Origin: an uncultured virus (IMG/VR IMGVR_UViG_3300029705_003235)
Taxonomy: Duplodnaviria > Heunggongvirae > Uroviricota > Caudoviricetes
DNA: 64,000 nt
Reading direction: 5' to 3' (one strand)
Virus record (IMG/VR): IMGVR_UViG_3300029705_003235
Shown: positions 8,929 to 17,592 of the stretch, in pieces
Position numbering within the stretch: position 1 is the first letter of the stretch
Layout of the letters: every line of letters begins with the position of its first letter
Notes under the pieces: model-generated
The model's database searches: none
The model's input: the letters and a program-made list of their open reading frames with translations, nothing else
What the model was told of the DNA's origin: nothing
Position numbers and translations under genes: made by a program

Positions 8929-10819
8929 TGAAAGCAAACGCCAACAAAGAGCTGAAGCAGTCGCAAAAAACAAAAGACGAATGCACGTGGAAATTGACGA
9001 AGATAATTATGAGTATATCCCTGCGGAAAAACAGACCGATTACTACGATAACGATGTGCATCAGCGAGTTGCTATATATGCCCGTGTTTCAACTGGTGAT
9101 GAAAGGCAAACAACATCATTTGAACTACAGCAAATATATTATAAGGACTTTGTTGACAGACACCCCAATTGGACACTTGTAAAAATTTATGCGGATGAAG
9201 GTATAAGCGGAACATCACTTGCTCATCGTGACCAGTTCAATCAGATGATTGCAGATGCAAGAGCCGGAAAAATTGACCTCATTATCACAAAAAGTGTATC
9301 TCGTTTTGCCCGTAATGTCATGATAACAATAGGCATGGTTCGTGAGCTTGCGGAAATGAAGCCACCTGTCGGTGTATTCTTTGAGTCCGAAGCCATCTTT
9401 TCTCTTAATGAAGATTCGCAAATGGCTCTTTCATTTCAGGCTACAATGGCTGAAGAAGAATCACATACCCGTAGTCGAAGTATGGAAACTTCACTTCGTA
9501 TGCGACTTGATAACGGTATCCCTCTTACACCAAAACTTCTCGGTTTTACCCATGACAAAGATGGTAATCTTGTTGTAAACCACGATGAAGCACCAACTGT
9601 CAAGCTCGCATTTTATATGTACTTATACGGCTATTCCACAAAGCAGATTGCAGCGACTTTGATAGCATTAGGAAGGAAGTCTTATCTTGGTAATATCAAG
9701 TGGACTGCCGGAGGTATTGTTCAGATCTTGCGGAATGAGCGTCATTGCGGAGATGTATTCACAAGAAAAACATTCACCCCAAACTATCGTGACCACAAGT
9801 CAAAGCGAAACACCGGGCAGAGACCTCGAAGTAGGTATAAAAACCATCACGAAGCAATTGTGTCAAGGGATGATTTTATTGCTGTTCAACAGCTTCTTGA
9901 CAATGCAAAGTATCGGCATAATTCTTTTCTGCCTGAACTTCGAGTTATAGACAAAGGACTTCTAAAAGGATATGTTGTAATAAATCCTCGTTGGGCTGCT
10001 TTCAAAGAAGATGATTATTTGAAAGCATCACACAGTGGTTATGGTGAGGAAGGTATCCCAAGCGAAACATCCGATACAGAAGTTCAAGTACAGGTCGACA
10101 CAGGAGATTTTGACCTGCGTGGATTTGAAGTAGCTCGCATGGAGCTGTTTGATACGAACAACCGTCCCTTTATCACTTTTTCCGATAGATTTATTAAGTT
10201 GAGTGCTATTTGCACACACAAACTTGGAGAACGAAATCATATCGAATTACTTGTGAACCCTATTACAAGAAAATTTGCTATACGAACCACTGATGAGAAG
10301 AATCGTCAGGCTGTGGTCTGTTCAAAGAAATCAAATAAAGTGTACACACCAAAGCAGATACAAATAACGGCTTTTTATGATACTTTGTTTTCTTTATTCG
10401 GTTGGAATACTGACTATCGTTACCGAATAACCGGAACTATGTATGAGGACGGAAAGGAAATCGCATACATTTTTGATTCCGCAAATTCAGAAGCATTTTT
10501 GAAGTCATATCTTGTTCCAAAAGGCTCACAAGATGGTGACGGAGAGTATGCAGCATACCACCCCTTAACTCCATACGGAAAAAGAATCCGAGCCATTCCT
10601 GAATCGTGGACGAATAATTTCGGTAAGCAGTATTATTTGCACGAGCAGACTTTGGCAGAATTAAGTAATCAAAGTGAAGCTGATTGGAAACTTCGTATTG
10701 AAGGTCAATTAATTGAAACTGGTAAAAAGATAAATGTTACAAGTTTCGAGGAGCTTCAAAGCTATATCAAGCAAGAATTAGGAGATTTAGTTATACAGGA
10801 GGATTTAAACGATGAATGA
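8921..10819 (+). CDS. Large serine recombinase with C-terminal extension
   Basis: YARVST, YADEGISGT, KSVSRFARN, AEEES, ILRNERHCGD, HEAIV; AAGGAG RBS before MIDESK. Confidence 0.92.
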   Translation: MIDESKRQQRAEAVAKNKRRMHVEIDEDNYEYIPAEKQTDYYDNDVHQRVAIYARVSTGDERQTTSFELQQIYYKDFVDRHPNWTLVKIYADEGISGTSLAHRDQFNQMIADARAGKIDLIITKSVSRFARNVMITIGMVRELAEMKPPVGVFFESEAIFSLNEDSQMALSFQATMAEEESHTRSRSMETSLRMRLDNGIPLTPKLLGFTHDKDGNLVVNHDEAPTVKLAFYMYLYGYSTKQIAATLIALGRKSYLGNIKWTAGGIVQILRNERHCGDVFTRKTFTPNYRDHKSKRNTGQRPRSRYKNHHEAIVSRDDFIAVQQLLDNAKYRHNSFLPELRVIDKGLLKGYVVINPRWAAFKEDDYLKASHSGYGEEGIPSETSDTEVQVQVDTGDFDLRGFEVARMELFDTNNRPFITFSDRFIKLSAICTHKLGERNHIELLVNPITRKFAIRTTDEKNRQAVVCSKKSNKVYTPKQIQITAFYDTLFSLFGWNTDYRYRITGTMYEDGKEIAYIFDSANSEAFLKSYLVPKGSQDGDGEYAAYHPLTPYGKRIRAIPESWTNNFGKQYYLHEQTLAELSNQSEADWKLRIEGQLIETGKKINVTSFEELQSYIKQELGDLVIQEDLNDE

Positions 10820-11597
10820 TTATAATAATCTATATTCAACGCCTACAAATACACCAAGCGAAAACACAAATGATGTGGCTGATGAGTTTGTGGAAAATAT
10901 CGCACCCGTTCTTAAGGAGGATGATGAGGTCATCAACTTAGGTGAGGATTTTGATTTTGACGGATTCCAAGTTGTAAGACGAGAGTTTTTTGCACACACA
11001 AGAGAACCATCTTGTACTTTTAACAATTGCAAATTCTATGTCAATTCAGCTTGCCTTTCCAAATTCCCAACATCGGATTATGCACAAGTTCTGATTAATA
11101 GAGAAAACAAAATACTCGCTCTTCGTCCCTGCCCGGAAGGAGCAAGGGATTCTTTTCAATGGTGTACTTTGTCAAAGGGTAAAAGAAAACCCAAAGCCAT
11201 CACTTGCAGACTTTTCTTTGCAAAGGTTGTTTCTATGATGGAGTGGGACCCAAACCACCGATACAAAATGCTTGGAAAAATTATTCATTCCAATAACGAA
11301 TATCTTCTTGCATTTGACCTTTCTTCGTGTGAGACCTATCAAAGAACATTTATCGATGGAGAGAAACCCAAAACATCAAGGACACCCGTATATCCTGCTG
11401 ATTGGCAGAATCAGTTCGGGCTTCCATACAATGAACATAAGCAATCAATGAAAATCAACATTGTAGATGGCTATGCTGTGTATTCAATCAAAGAAACCTC
11501 AAAACCTAACAAAGCTGCAGAGGAAACGAATAACGGTGTGCCGGAAGCCACTATTCTTGCTCTTGGTAATGGCAATTCAGGAGGTGAAGCATTATGA
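10812..11597 (+). CDS. Recombinase-associated protein, paralog of the recombinase C-terminal domain
   Basis: DFDFDGFQVVRREFF...WDPNHRYKMLG...PADWQNQFG aligns with DFDLRGFEVARMELF...WNTDYRYRITG...PESWTNNFG. Confidence 0.8.
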   Translation: MNDYNNLYSTPTNTPSENTNDVADEFVENIAPVLKEDDEVINLGEDFDFDGFQVVRREFFAHTREPSCTFNNCKFYVNSACLSKFPTSDYAQVLINRENKILALRPCPEGARDSFQWCTLSKGKRKPKAITCRLFFAKVVSMMEWDPNHRYKMLGKIIHSNNEYLLAFDLSSCETYQRTFIDGEKPKTSRTPVYPADWQNQFGLPYNEHKQSMKINIVDGYAVYSIKETSKPNKAAEETNNGVPEATILALGNGNSGGEAL

Positions 11598-11968
11598 TTG
11601 AAAATCCAAATTCCCAAGTTGTTATATCAATCGACCAAAGAAAAAACCGTATTCGCATATACAAGAGTATGCTTCAGCTGCTTGGCTTTCCAAAATACAT
11701 ACAGCTACTCGTAAACCCAAATAACAAATATGTTGCAATAAAGGCTATAGAGAATCCTACACCAGAGGACCAAGCGGAACGAATCAAACCGCAAGAATTC
11801 ATGGTAAATGATTCTTACGAGCTTTATAGCAAATCTTTTATAAAAAAGCTCTGCGAAGTTTATGGAAAACTTGACCCCAAGTATACCTATCGTTTAACCG
11901 GGAGCATTGTTTCATCGCATAATATGGCTGTGTTTTCACTGAAAACATTAGCGGCAATAGAAGTATGA
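11594..11968 (+). CDS. Small recombinase-associated protein, possible AbrB/MraZ-like fold
   Basis: ISIDQRKNRIRIYKSMLQLLGFPKYIQLLVNP...TYRLTG shares motifs with the two preceding proteins. Confidence 0.7.
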   Translation: MIENPNSQVVISIDQRKNRIRIYKSMLQLLGFPKYIQLLVNPNNKYVAIKAIENPTPEDQAERIKPQEFMVNDSYELYSKSFIKKLCEVYGKLDPKYTYRLTGSIVSSHNMAVFSLKTLAAIEV

Positions 11969-11981
11969 AGGAGGTTTCTGA

Positions 11982-12923
11982 ATGAGCATTGAATTGAAAA
12001 TCAAGAAGGAATTCAAAAACCTTATTCGACCACTTCACAGACAAGAGTTCCTTCAGCTTGAAGAAAACATTCTGCGAGATGGGTGCATTCACCCTATTGT
12101 CACATGGAATGGTTTCATTGTAGACGGACACAACCGATACGAAATATGCACCAAGCACAACATCAGATTTAAAGTTCTTGAAATGGACTTTGAAAGTAAC
12201 GAGGACGCAATCGTATGGATATGTGCGAATCAGCTCGGAAGAAGAAACATATCCGATGAAACTCGCAAATTCTTAATTGGTATGCAGTACGAATCCGAGA
12301 AGATTATTAACCAACGAAAGAACCCATTGGGGCTGAATCAGTATTCGGAAGATGATGACCTTGTTCCGGGAGATATTGCCGGAGAACCATATTCAGCTCA
12401 CTCTAAACACAAGACAGCACTTCGCATTGGTGAAGAAAACCATGTGTCCGCAGGAACAGTCCTGAAATACGCACAGTACACAAGGGCACTGGAAGAAATC
12501 GGTGCAAAAGAACCTGAACTTGTACCCAAGATACTATCCGGCAGATATAAGATTTCCCATAGTAATGTAATGAGAATGGCAAGCTGTTCGTCCGAGGAAT
12601 TAAAAACAATCAATAGACACCTTAATAGGAACAAGAATCCATACTTTCAGTACAATCAATCTCGCAGTGTGTTGAATAGTAATGTTCCATTTGAACCCCA
12701 ACAACCTCCAAAAATCAAAGAAATGCCCGCCTTTGACCCTGATGCGGAAGTTACTGAATTGACACTTACCATTCCAACATGGTGCAGTTCAATCAAGCGT
12801 ACAAGGAACAATGCCAATTTAAGTATTATTTCAGAAAAAGCGAGAGATAAGTTAATCGCTGCACTTTTATCCTTACAAGAAAATGCAGAAGAAATGTTAA
12901 AGTTAATCAAGGAGGAATACTAA
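11982..12923 (+). CDS. ParB N-terminal-domain protein
   Basis: LEENILRDG...PIVTWNGFIVDGHNRYEIC...NQLGRRN. Confidence 0.8.
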   Translation: MSIELKIKKEFKNLIRPLHRQEFLQLEENILRDGCIHPIVTWNGFIVDGHNRYEICTKHNIRFKVLEMDFESNEDAIVWICANQLGRRNISDETRKFLIGMQYESEKIINQRKNPLGLNQYSEDDDLVPGDIAGEPYSAHSKHKTALRIGEENHVSAGTVLKYAQYTRALEEIGAKEPELVPKILSGRYKISHSNVMRMASCSSEELKTINRHLNRNKNPYFQYNQSRSVLNSNVPFEPQQPPKIKEMPAFDPDAEVTELTLTIPTWCSSIKRTRNNANLSIISEKARDKLIAALLSLQENAEEMLKLIKEEY

Positions 12924-13852
12924 TGGACAACTTTGAACAGTTTATACCAAATGTGCATTTTGAGTTAATACCTATAAAGAACCTTGTTTCAAACCAAGAG
13001 TATCAAAGAATTATTTCTCATTCTCATATAGACCGAACCGCAGACGATTTTGATGTTTGTCAGATAAATCCTGTCAAGGTAAGTCGAAGAGATGGAGTAA
13101 ACTATGTTTTTAATGGTCAGCACACCATTGAGATTGTTGCTTTGGTTTCAGGTTCTCGTGATTGCCCTGTTTGGTGTATGATTTATGACGATTTAACCTA
13201 CGAACAAGAAGCGGAGATTTTCTCCGACCAGATGAAGCACGCAAAAGCTCTCATGCCTTATGAAAAGTTTAATGCAAAGATTGAAGCCGGACGAGAAGCT
13301 CAACTCATGATAAAGCAGCTCGTTGAATCATACGGACTTGAAGTCGGCATCAGAAAATCGCCGGGAGTGGTTGGTGCAGTTTCAACCCTTGAGAGTATTT
13401 ATGAAAAATACGGATACCATGTACTGAACCGAACTTTGAGATTGGTTATTGCTACATGGGAAGGTGAAACTAATTCCTTAAGTGCTAATATGTTAAATGC
13501 GGTTGCAAAGCTCATAGTTACATATAACGGAATTCTGGATGAAGAATTATTCAGAGAAAAGCTCGGAAATGTATCCGTAAAGACTCTCATTCGTACTGGC
13601 AAGGAACGCCGCCCCGGTTCTTTCGGTTTGGCAGAAGCTATGATTCTTATTTATAACGGCAAGAAAAAGATTAACTCAAACAAGCTGTTTATAAACAGAC
13701 TATACGCAAAAGACTTTACTGCCATTATTGACGATGAGGATTTTGCAAATGATGAAAACCTTGATATATACCAAGAGCCGACTGAAGACGAAATTGATGA
13801 CTACGAACCAGTATCCGAACTCGATGAAATCATTGAAAAAACGGAACAATAA
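12923..13852 (+). CDS. DUF6551/DGQHR-like (ParB-fold) protein
   Basis: EYQR...INPVKVSRRDGVNYVFNGQHT; acidic tail. Confidence 0.7.
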   Translation: MDNFEQFIPNVHFELIPIKNLVSNQEYQRIISHSHIDRTADDFDVCQINPVKVSRRDGVNYVFNGQHTIEIVALVSGSRDCPVWCMIYDDLTYEQEAEIFSDQMKHAKALMPYEKFNAKIEAGREAQLMIKQLVESYGLEVGIRKSPGVVGAVSTLESIYEKYGYHVLNRTLRLVIATWEGETNSLSANMLNAVAKLIVTYNGILDEELFREKLGNVSVKTLIRTGKERRPGSFGLAEAMILIYNGKKKINSNKLFINRLYAKDFTAIIDDEDFANDENLDIYQEPTEDEIDDYEPVSELDEIIEKTEQ

Positions 13853-13860
13853 CAGCGACT

Positions 13861-13899
13861 AAAAACACTCCTGTCGAGTTTTACGCAGGAGATGTTTTT
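13861..13899. terminator. Bidirectional terminator between convergent operons
   Basis: AAAAACACTCCTG...CAGGAGATGTTTTT. Confidence 0.65.
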
Positions 13900-13916
13900 A
13901 TGTTTCGATGAAGTTG

Positions 13917-13953
13917 AGTGTCTACATTTTCACAAAAATTGATTACATTTTGG
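13917..13953 (-). repeat. Right copy of 37-bp imperfect inverted repeat
   Basis: Reverse complement CCAAAATGTAATCAATTTTTGTGAAAATGTAGACACT. Confidence 0.85.
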
Positions 13954-13959
13954 TTTGTT

Positions 13960-15555
13960 CTATTTTGTAGACAATACCTCAATTTCAGTTCCGCTTCTGA
14001 AAACGAACCGCATTGTACCGCTGTTTTCAACCACAACTTTGTCAATGGTTGCAAGCCATAAATCTTCATCGAACTCGTCAATAAAACTGTCGATGTCGGA
14101 AAAAGCATCAATGAAGTCACTGAAGGCTTCGCCTCGTGATTTACGCAGCAACTTTTCATCTTCCAGTCCCTTGAGCCGTTCTGTTGCTTCCTCGAATCTT
14201 GCAACATAGCCGTTATAGCGTTTTAAGTATTCCTCTTGGCTTTGTGGTGTTGACGCATTCTCTTTGATACCTTTATGCACCATTTCGGTTATGACCTCAA
14301 GTTCCTGCTTAAGCTCGGTGATTTGGTTATCAATGGAAGTGCAATCCGTGAGGTTCTCTGCGATTGTTTGACAGTTTTCGATAATTTCATCCATTTCGGT
14401 AAATATGGTATTAAAAGCCTTAATGAATGCTTCTTTAATATCGTCCTCGGTGATATGTGGTGTTCCGCATTTTTTCTCACCTTTGAACTTATCGTTGCAT
14501 TGCCATATTGTCCTTCGGTATTTTTCGCTTGTTGAATTCCAGACTTTTGAACCGAAGAAGGCACCGCAATCACCGCAGACAACCCTCGTTGCAAAGATGC
14601 TGTTTCCGCTGTACTTTCTGCCCATTGACTTTCTTCTTACAAATTCTTTCTGGACCTTTTCCCATTCATCGGGGGGGATAATTGCCTCGTGGCTATCCTC
14701 AACATAATACTGTGGGATTTCACCCTCGTTGGTTTTCATTTTCTTGCTTAAGTAATCAACAGTGAATTTTTTCTGTAACAGTGCTGCACCTTTGTATTTT
14801 TCGTTTGTCAGAATGCTCTCTATTACACTCACTCGCCAGTTAGTGGACTTGCCGGAAGGCGTTGGAATATTATCCTTTGCAAGTTCGCTTGCAATCATAA
14901 ACGGGGTCTTGCCTTGCATAAATTCTCTGTAGATTCTTTTGACAATGACCGCTTGCTCTTGATTTACAACCAGTGAACCTTTTTCACCCTTATCGTAACC
15001 GAGGAACTGTTTGTAGCCGAGGCTGATTTTTCCGTCTGCTGCACTTTTTCTTTTACCCCATGTTACATTCTCCGAAATGGAACGGCTTTCTTCCTGTGCC
15101 AACGAGGACATGATGGTAAGAAGAAGTTCGCCCTTGCTGTCCAGTGTCCATATGTTTTCTTTTTCAAAATAAACCTCGACACCTTTTGCTTTAAGCTCTC
15201 GGATGGTTACCAAGCTGTCAACCGTGTTTCTTGCAAAACGGCTGACCGATTTTGTTACAATCAGGTCAATTTTTCCGTTGAGAGCATCCTCAATCATCTG
15301 CTTGAAGCCGTCTCTCTTTTTAGTATTTGTTCCCGTGATGCCTTCGTCCGTGTACACCTTTACGAATTCCCAGTCGTGGTTAGCTTTTATAAATTTGGTA
15401 TAGTAATCAACCTGTGCTTCATACGAAGTGAACTGTTCGTCTTTATCTGTTGAAACCCTCGCATATCCACAAGTTCTTCGCTTTGCTAACGAAAGTGTGG
15501 GTAGCTTTGTCAGTGGGTTTATCTTTGCAGGTATGACCGTTACTGCTTTTGCCAT
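13960..15555 (-). CDS. Large serine recombinase with zinc ribbon and coiled coil
   Basis: YARVST, KSVSRFARN, AQEESRSISEN, CGDCG...WQC. Confidence 0.95.
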   Translation of the reverse strand: MAKAVTVIPAKINPLTKLPTLSLAKRRTCGYARVSTDKDEQFTSYEAQVDYYTKFIKANHDWEFVKVYTDEGITGTNTKKRDGFKQMIEDALNGKIDLIVTKSVSRFARNTVDSLVTIRELKAKGVEVYFEKENIWTLDSKGELLLTIMSSLAQEESRSISENVTWGKRKSAADGKISLGYKQFLGYDKGEKGSLVVNQEQAVIVKRIYREFMQGKTPFMIASELAKDNIPTPSGKSTNWRVSVIESILTNEKYKGAALLQKKFTVDYLSKKMKTNEGEIPQYYVEDSHEAIIPPDEWEKVQKEFVRRKSMGRKYSGNSIFATRVVCGDCGAFFGSKVWNSTSEKYRRTIWQCNDKFKGEKKCGTPHITEDDIKEAFIKAFNTIFTEMDEIIENCQTIAENLTDCTSIDNQITELKQELEVITEMVHKGIKENASTPQSQEEYLKRYNGYVARFEEATERLKGLEDEKLLRKSRGEAFSDFIDAFSDIDSFIDEFDEDLWLATIDKVVVENSGTMRFVFRSGTEIEVLSTK

Positions 15556-16859
15556 TCTTGATTTCTCCTTTTCAAATTATTCTGTCGCACTTGCTCTCTC
15601 ATTTCAGGTGTCCAACTTTCGCTGCGTGAACGGTCTTTCCATGTTGTTTCAACCGTATGTCCGTCTTTGAAATGGTAAATCAAGTGGTTTGCTTCCGGCA
15701 CTGTAATCTTGATTATTTTTTCTTCAAAAAGGTCTGCATCAAAATCTGCAATGCCAAGCATCTCGGCTGAAACAGCACACAAGGTTTCATCTGGTATTTG
15801 CTTTGAGGCACAGACTTTTTTGCCGAGCCTATCAAAAGTGCTGCAAATCCAAACAACCCTCGTTGCGGTTACCTTTCTTCGGAAGTTCTTACCGCAGTTT
15901 TCGCATAGTATTTTTCCTGTAAAAGCATACTTTTGGGGTACGACTTCTTTACAGTGTTTTTCTCGTCTTTTCTCAAGCTCCAACTGAACCGCTTCAAAAA
16001 CTTCTCTTGGGATGATTGGTTCGTGGTTATCCTCGACATAGTATTGAGTTTTTTCGCCTCTGTTCCGAACCGTTTTTTTGGTTAAATGGTCGAGCCTGAA
16101 AGACTTCTGCAAAAGCAAATCGCCTATGTACTTTTCATTAGAAAGTATGTACCGCACTTTCTTTGCTGACCATGTATCTCTGGTGTTGCTTTCAATACCC
16201 ATTTCGTTGAGAATTTGAGCTATCTTTAAAACACCTAAACCGTCAAGGTACAATTTGTAGATTTGCTCTACAATTTCGGCTTCTTCTGGAATAATCTCCA
16301 ATCCGCCATCTGGTGTTCTTTTGTAGCCATAAATGTTCCAAACACTCATCGGCAGTTTGCCTTGCTTGAAATCATTCTGAATACGCCACTTAACATTCTC
16401 ACTTGCGGAAAGGCTTTCTTCCTGTGCGTAAGAAGCTAAAATTGTAAGCATCAGTTCACCTTCGGCACTTAAGGTGTTGATGTTCTGTTCTTCAAAGAAA
16501 ACTCCGATTCCGAGCAGTTTTAGCTCTCTTACTGTGTTTAGCAGTGTGACCGTGTTTCTTGCAAACCTTGAAATGCTCTTTGTTATTACAAGGTCTATTT
16601 TCCCGGCTCGGCAATCTGCAATTAACCTTTGAAAATCTTCTCGGCTCTCCTTTGTTCCTGTCAGTGCCTCATCCGAATACACTCCGCAATATATCCAACC
16701 CTCATGGTTTTGAATCAGGTTTGAATAATAACTGACTTGAGCTGAAAGCGAATGGAGCATTGTATCTTTTCCGTTTGAAACTCGGCTGTATGCTGCAACC
16801 CTTAACAGCCGTTCTTGCTTGGGTGCTTCAAACTTCACCCTTTGTACTATTCTATCCAT
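15540..16859 (-). CDS. Large serine recombinase with zinc ribbon
   Basis: YSRVSN, KSISRFARN, AQEES, CENCG...WIC. Confidence 0.95.
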   Translation of the reverse strand: MDRIVQRVKFEAPKQERLLRVAAYSRVSNGKDTMLHSLSAQVSYYSNLIQNHEGWIYCGVYSDEALTGTKESREDFQRLIADCRAGKIDLVITKSISRFARNTVTLLNTVRELKLLGIGVFFEEQNINTLSAEGELMLTILASYAQEESLSASENVKWRIQNDFKQGKLPMSVWNIYGYKRTPDGGLEIIPEEAEIVEQIYKLYLDGLGVLKIAQILNEMGIESNTRDTWSAKKVRYILSNEKYIGDLLLQKSFRLDHLTKKTVRNRGEKTQYYVEDNHEPIIPREVFEAVQLELEKRREKHCKEVVPQKYAFTGKILCENCGKNFRRKVTATRVVWICSTFDRLGKKVCASKQIPDETLCAVSAEMLGIADFDADLFEEKIIKITVPEANHLIYHFKDGHTVETTWKDRSRSESWTPEMREQVRQNNLKRRNQEWQKQ

Positions 16860-16886
16860 TTCTACCTCCTTACAATGGTTTATACC

Positions 16887-16915
16887 ATATTCGCTCTAAA
16901 AGCCAGTAAAGTCAA
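16887..16915 (-). promoter_or_regulatory. Sigma70-type promoter for the recombinases
   Basis: TTGACT-17 bp-GAATAT; shares the CATATT..CTCTAAA core with the moron promoters. Confidence 0.55.
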
Positions 16916-16931
16916 GGGTTTCAGGCACTTT

Positions 16932-17093
16932 TTAACGATATATAACTGACGAATTTAAGCCGTATTTATTGGCTATAATTGTTTCGATTTCAGCATACTC
17001 ATCGGCAGTAATCAATCCTTGCTTTAGCATCAGTTTTGCCTTTGACATCGTTGCTTTATAAAGAAGAACGGCTCTATACAAATTTTCATCCAT
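16932..17093 (-). CDS. Small SHOCT-domain protein upstream of the recombinases
   Basis: MLKQGLITADEYAEIETIIANKY; GGAGG RBS before MDENL. Confidence 0.8.
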   Translation of the reverse strand: MDENLYRAVLLYKATMSKAKLMLKQGLITADEYAEIETIIANKYGLNSSVIYR

Positions 17094-17463
17094 CGTATTC
17101 AGCCTCCCTTCGTCTTGCATCAGCATAACATGACCGAGAACAGTATTTCCGATGCGTGTTATAGCTCTGAAATTTCTTCCCACAAAACTCACAAGTGTAA
17201 TCGTACATAGTTTTCCGATTTACCAATTCCGGGTGCGAATTCCACCATTCAAGTCGGCATTTATCTGAGCAGAATTTTTTTGCCCTTTTCTGCGGAGTGT
17301 CTTTGATGGTTTTTCCGCACTGTATGCAAATCTTTTGAGATTTGTCGAGTGGATTTCTTCTGCAATATGACTTCACAGAGTTTTCAGCCAAGCCGAGAAG
17401 TGCTGCAATTTTCTTATAGCCGTAACCCTGAAATCGCAATTTATCTATTTCAACATTTTGCAT
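17086..17463 (-). CDS. HTH plus Cys-rich zinc-finger protein
   Basis: GYGYKKIAALLGLAENSVKSYCRR; two CxxC...CSxxC units. Confidence 0.85.
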   Translation of the reverse strand: MQNVEIDKLRFQGYGYKKIAALLGLAENSVKSYCRRNPLDKSQKICIQCGKTIKDTPQKRAKKFCSDKCRLEWWNSHPELVNRKTMYDYTCEFCGKKFQSYNTHRKYCSRSCYADARRREAEYDG

Positions 17464-17484
17464 TTAAAATCACTCCTTTCGCCT

Positions 17485-17515
17485 TACGGAGATTTAAGCT
17501 GTGTTTTGGGGAGGT
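17485..17515 (-). promoter_or_regulatory. Candidate phage-sigma promoter, copy 1
   Basis: TACGGAGATTTA-N5-TGTTTTGGGGAGGT; both blocks identical at 55668-55698. Confidence 0.65.
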
Positions 17516-17542
17516 ATTTTAATAATTTTTTTTAGTTTTTCT

Positions 17543-17584
17543 AAAAAAAAATAAGCCTGCAAAGGAAATTATCCCTTGCAGGCT
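17543..17584 (-). terminator. Terminator after the endolysin
   Basis: AGCCTGCA/TGCAGGCT stem with an A run on + (U tract on -). Confidence 0.8.
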
Positions 17585-17592
17585 CGTAAAAA

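Larger units (their letters stand above)
7159..13953. mobile_element. IR-bounded serine-recombinase module
   Basis: Terminal inverted repeats around an XRE pair, resolvase-like gene, large serine recombinase and accessory genes. Confidence 0.55.
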
